From: Lepidodermella squamata
Taxonomy: Eukaryota > Animalia > Gastrotricha
Length of the DNA: 64,000 nucleotides
Assembly: GCA_047495785.1 (NCBI GenBank)
Contig: JBLDXI010000024.1
Span: forward strand, 3,472,001-3,536,000
Reading direction: 5' to 3'
The stretch's first letter is position 1. Each line of letters opens with the position of its first letter. A program made the position numbers and the translations under genes. Positions 59,047 through 64,000 of the stretch are shown piece after piece. The notes below the pieces were generated by a model that worked only from the letters and a program-made list of their open reading frames with translations, did no database searches and was not told the origin of the DNA.

Positions 59047-60102
59047 CTCTTTGATGAATGTATACACCGTCGTAGTGTACTCGCCATCTTTCACTGGAAT
59101 AATCATTTTTTACGGCAAATAAATAACGCCTAAGTAGTCAGAAATCGACATCATAAATTTGACAATGTGGATGAACAAATTTGCTATTGCGACGCTGATA
59201 GAGTATATGGCTGAAAGAATGATCGAAGAACATTTGATGGCTACGCTTGATGATATCGTGGTAGATTATGTCGCATCTCAACCAGAGGCTTAGTTGAAAT
59301 TCAAGATTGACTGCTGAACAGCAACCAGCAACGTTGATCGAAGCAACAAACATCGCATCGCGAAGGACGCTCAAATTTCTCAAAATCAATTTTTTCATAA
59401 AACATTTATATAACAAGGTTTCGCAAGTATCGATAATTAAAAGAAAAATTGTTCAAGATCTGCGCGGTAAACTATCCTCTCGCTCTGTCCCTAAATGGGC
59501 TGCGAAAACGACGCTCGTCCTTGGTAACGACGTCAGCAGCGCTGGAAAATGATCCTTGGAGGAATAGTGACAACGATAGTGCGCGCTGATAAAGAGCAGT
59601 GCTCACTCCATCTCTATTCCTCCAAAAAGTGATCGGAATCTGGTGGTTATCTAGTTCTGTCATTGTTTCTTATTGGTAGTTAGCTGCGAAATACATAAGA
59701 GAGATAGATTAGATTTACCGGTCACTAGAGGACAGTTGCTGAGCTGTAACTGACAGATTGTAACTTAGTGTACCGTATAAAAATGAATACTAGTACATAG
59801 CGAATTTAATCATCGAGCCTTGATGACTAGAACTAGGCTTCTCAACACCTAATTCTTCGGGGGCCGCGACTCCCTGTTTGAGAAGCCCTGGACTAGAAGC
59901 TCTCGATTCAAGCCCTTGAGGCTCGAGGCGTTTCATTTGTTTTTCAAGCTCTCTGATCATCGAAACTCCACCTTTCATTTTATGTTTTACCGATAGAAGT
60001 ATAGATATTTACGTTTCTTGGACAAATTACAAATTGCATCATTTTCATGAAAGATTGTCGATTTTTGAATTGTTAATAGTCGTTTTAAGCGATTGTAAAG
60101 CC

Positions 60103-60765
60103 ATGGAACTAAGCTCTTCAAATGATAATTCATGTAACATTGATATCGACGCAGTAAATGACCTCATTTCGTCGCCCGGCGATGAAGGCATAGTCATGCT
60201 GGAAACTGTATTCGGCGGGATAGCAGCACTGGCCGAAAAACTCGACACATCTCTGACGTACGGCATTTCCGGCGACGAGCAAGACATCAAGTCACGCCAG
60301 GAGCTCTTCGGTCGCAACGTATATCGAGACTGTGACGTGCCAGATTTGAAAACATTGGCCAGAATGTTTGCATTTGAGGCTGGCGTAACTATTGCCGGAA
60401 CAATTTTCACCTATCCTTTATTCAAAATCCAAATCCCGTTCTTGGAAGAAAGTAAAGAATTTATAAATTTGCTCAATTTGTAGTCAAACTGATTGATTTC
60501 TTCAGGATTTAAAGAGAACATGATTGAAAGCTACTACGGCTGGGTATCCCGAAAACTAGCTGTCGAGCGCCAAATTGAATTTGAGACGACAACGATGTAC
60601 AATGTGGTTCGCGGCGGTGAAATAACTCGCATTCCAGTGTGTGAGATTGTAGTCGGTGATATTCAACTCATCGAAGCTGGTGAGGAACTGTTAGCTGATG
60701 GTATTCTCATCGAAGGAACGGACGATCTTGCCGTTCACCGGGGCGGTTTAACCGGTGATGATTAA
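60103..60765 (+). pseudogene. Truncated PMCA-like P-type ATPase N-terminal fragment (exons 60103-60451, 60506-60765)
   Basis: GG...LA.KL.TS...GISGD..D...R...FG.N (cation ATPase N) and VVRGG....IPV.EIVVGDI..I..G..L.ADGILI.G (actuator). TGES is replaced by TGDD, followed by a stop. Confidence 0.8.
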
Positions 60766-60775
60766 ACCGGTGAGG

Positions 60776-63700
60776 TCATTCTACCTGAAGTATCAAACAT
60801 CACTCAGCACTACTTAGCTTTCAATCAATTTTGACATCTCATGCCAGCACCACCTGCACTAGTCATCATCGACGATTCGTCGCAGTCTTCCACGTCATCC
60901 GGGCCGTCGTCGTCCGAATCGTCATCTGAATCGTCAACGCTACTCAACAAGCCAGTGCCGCCGATCGCAAGTCTCACGAAGAATCAACTGCTGATCGATA
61001 ACGTCAAAATCCTGGCAGTCCTACCGAAGGACAGGTATCGCGTCGAATGCCAGGTCGTCAAACTGACTAGCAGCGGCACCGAGGTCACGTGCAAGCAGCG
61101 GCTGGTTGCAGTCAAAGGCGCGTTCTCGTCAGTACCGCTGCGTCATTTCCGTGAGAAACATGGCGCCTGGCTCAAGGACAAGACCAAGACAGAGCAGCCG
61201 GCTCTGGTGGCGGCAAGCGACGGCAACCTGGCAGTTGGCGCGCCCAGTGCATCACCACCGCCTCTTGTCGTGTCGATGGCGCTTTACTCGGCCGTCAATT
61301 ACGCACCGGTCTACACAATCACGGGCCGCTGCGAGTCGAACATGTTCGCCGTCTGTGTTAGATCTGCCGCCGGCAATGCCGAACTCAAGCTGCCCGATGT
61401 TCGCACCGTTATCAATCAGCAGAACGAGCTGCTCGACGCGCTCATGTCGCAGTGCGTGGCCATCTTCCGCGAGGCCGTCGCTTTCTCGGGTATGTTTTCT
61501 TTCATTTTCGTGATGATTGACACATAAACTTACAATTTTGTTTTGTTTTGCAGCCTACTGCGATATTTGGTCCTCGCGCGCTCGGTACTCCTTCCTCGGC
61601 ATCAACATCGAGTTCATGACGACGGAGATGGCCAAGTTTATCTTCACGCTGGAGCACGTGTTGGTGCCGACTACGCACAAGGCCGATGCGATTCGCCGCC
61701 TCGTTCGCAACGCCCTCTCGGAACTAGCCAACAAGCTGCCGCCGGCCGCAACTAAGCCAGCTCTGCTTCGTCTCGGCGCCGACAACGGTACCAACGTCCG
61801 CCGCGCTCTACTCGACGCCGCCGCCGAAGAAGACCTCCCGTTCGGCATCGGCTTCGGCAACGACTTCTCCGAAATCGAAGGAGAGCCAGAAGAAGAATTC
61901 AAGTAAGCTTTCTGTTTTCTCTCATTTTTTCGGCTTTCTCCCTTCTTTCCTATTCGAAATTATATTTATATGCGTCTTTTGCTTTTGTCGTTGCAGGTTG
62001 GCTGACGAAGAAATTGATTTGCTTGCCGGTGCAACAACTGCCGACGAAGGCCCGGCTGTTGTCGACGACGACGACGTGCCACTCGCCCGTCTCCGCCGCG
62101 TTGATGACAACCCCGATCGTTCAAGCGAAATCGCCGAAGCTCTGGCCGCTGACGTTTCCGGCTTCGACACGACCAAGAAGACGCCCGCGGACTCGACGGC
62201 CAACAAGCGGGTAACCCGGTATTTGCCGGACGTTTGTCACTGCTCGTCTTTGGCACTGCGCTACGGCATCAAGCACTCGGCTGCCGCCCGCTCGTTGCTG
62301 GCTAAGCTTCAGCGGTTCAACACCGCGCTTCGCTGCGAAAAATGGAGCAACGCCATTCGCGAGGCTGGCCACAACCAAGCTGTTCTCGACTTCGCAGTTC
62401 GCTGGTCGACGCTGCGTTCGCTGCTGCTGTCTGCGATCAAGCTGCTGCCTGTCGTCGAACAATTGCAGACCAGCCAGGCCGGCTTGCCGCCGCTCGGCGT
62501 CACCATCACCGCCGGCGATGTCACCAACGCAACGCAGCTGCTGGCGATCGTCACGGTCATCACCGACCTAATTCTCAACTTTCAGGTAATTTTTACCTCT
62601 TTTCTATGTTCCTGGCTCTCTTTCCATCTACATTTTGAATTAGTCCGAGGAATAATCGATGTTTTTGTTATTTTTAGGTTCGTGATGCTCATTGTGGCAT
62701 CGTGCCAGTCGCGGTCCGCAACGCCATGCTGACGCTTCGAGACGACGCTGCCTTCCAGTTTTACTTCAAGACGCTGCGCGGCGACATCCACGACCAGCTG
62801 GAGAAGCGCTTCAAGGTGTTCTTCGACGACGAGCTCGTCACGTTAGCGAGTTTCCTCGATCTGCGCCTGCGCCACATGTCGACGGTGCCTTCCGAGCAGG
62901 CGAAGGCTATCATGGCGTCACACCTCGACCTCGTCGCCTCGCCTCTGGACGTAGCGCCAACCGCCGCCGTCGCCGATCAGCACCGAAAGCGTTTCAAGGT
63001 GGCCACCATCGCCGAACCTGTCCAGCGCTCTTCATCGCCGATTGAAGCCGAGATGGCCGCGTTCATGGCCGTGGAGCCGCTCGCTGAACCGACGGCGCCC
63101 GAGGACGACTTCTCGCCCAATCGCGTCTCGTGGGGCGACTGCGCGCCCGTCTACGCCTGGTTCCGTAAGCATCGCACAACTTTCCCCCTTTTTTTTCGTT
63201 TTGCGATTTTAGCATTTTCCATTCCGGCGTCGTTTTCGGAGATTGAACGCGTTTTTTCGTGTTCATCTTACGCCGACGCCGCTCGAAAGAGCGCCCAAAA
63301 TCCTACTAAAATTCGGCGTGACGTTCTTCTCAATCGGAATTTCGCCTACCTTCAGAAGGCTGGAAAATTGCCATTTTCGCAGTGGCGATTCCATTGAGGA
63401 GAACGTCTCGCTCGGTTTTCTGTTTTTTCGTTTTGTGGCTAAATTTTAAGCATTTTTCCGCCAAATTTTTCCATTTTTAGTCCGTGTTGTGCGATGCTTG
63501 CGTATCAGTAACGGATCAGTGTTATTAATCGTTGCGCTTCTTATGTTATATTCTATTGTATTCTATGATATTGTTATATAAGCGCTGGATTCGCGAAGCC
63601 GCGGCTTGTTTTGCATTAAAATAAAAATCGGCGGTTTTCTAAATGTTGTGTTTTGATTTGTTTTGAGGTTTGAGTTTTGTTTTGGTTTTCAGCTTTGTTT

Positions 63701-63903
63701 TGTTTTGAATCAAAACAAAAACAAAAGCATATTTCCGAATTTGTTTTGAATTTTCAAAACATTCCAAAACTTGCTTTGAAAATTTCCCGTTTTGGTTTGA
63801 AAAGTTTTGATTTCAAAAGTTGAAGTTTTGTTTTGACCAAGTTTTATTTGAGCAAGCCGTGTTTTGCTTTGAGGAATCAAATCAAACCAAATCCCTTACA
63901 CTG
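60776..63903 (+). mobile_element. hAT transposon body and 3' end lacking its own 5' TIR
   Basis: Contains the transposase and gttttg subterminal repeats. Ends caaatcaaaccaaatcccttacactg (63903), matching the TIR at 59046. Confidence 0.9.
60841..63397 (+). CDS. hAT-superfamily transposase, apparently intact (exons 60841-61489, 61554-61902, 61997-62585, 62678-63397)
   Basis: BED-like C..C..H....H, catalytic DIWSS, ADNGTNV, C/D-x-x-H motif (DVCH), VRWST, ASFLDLR and IPASFSEIERVFS (dimerisation domain, catalytic E). Splices keep the frame. Confidence 0.9.
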
Positions 63904-64000
63904 TTAACTGAGGTTTTGTGCCATTCTCTTTAGGTTTGCACTTAAATAGCCATTGAATAAGTAGCTGATCAGCTGACAATACAAGATGTCGTCGCCTAGC

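Overview
Eukaryotic (animal, probably spiralian; inferred from gene content only) genomic DNA. It is gene-dense, with many ~48-60 nt introns and several intronless housekeeping genes. Left to right: a BTB-BACK-Kelch gene; a trypsin-like protease with a Thr-rich tail; NF-YB and NIP7 (minus strand); then a co-oriented run Josephin > TMEM86/YhhN lysoplasmalogenase > seven intronless clan-3 cytochrome P450s (plus P450 and UBL4A relics) > UBL4A. Next come a GC-rich interrupted orphan ORF with an internal repeat, an HSE-driven HSP20, two more TMEM86 paralogues, a divergent ELMO, a C2H2 gene, a mitochondrial-type sHSP, two small minus-strand genes, CRNKL1 and SUCLG2. The last 9 kb is rearranged: a near-perfect 824-bp-arm palindrome, a hAT transposon split into oppositely oriented pieces and a P-type ATPase pseudogene. 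Three signals stand out. (1) Orphan 3' splice acceptors sit just before most start codons and 20-30 nt after poly(A) signals, suggesting SL trans-spliced operons, including an 18-kb P450 array that expanded inside a housekeeping operon. (2) The terminal rearrangement can be reconstructed with three template switches, one at an 11-bp microhomology; it may be real or an amplification/assembly chimera. (3) An orphan protein carries a 39-aa internal repeat. No rRNA, tRNA or CRISPR array was seen.
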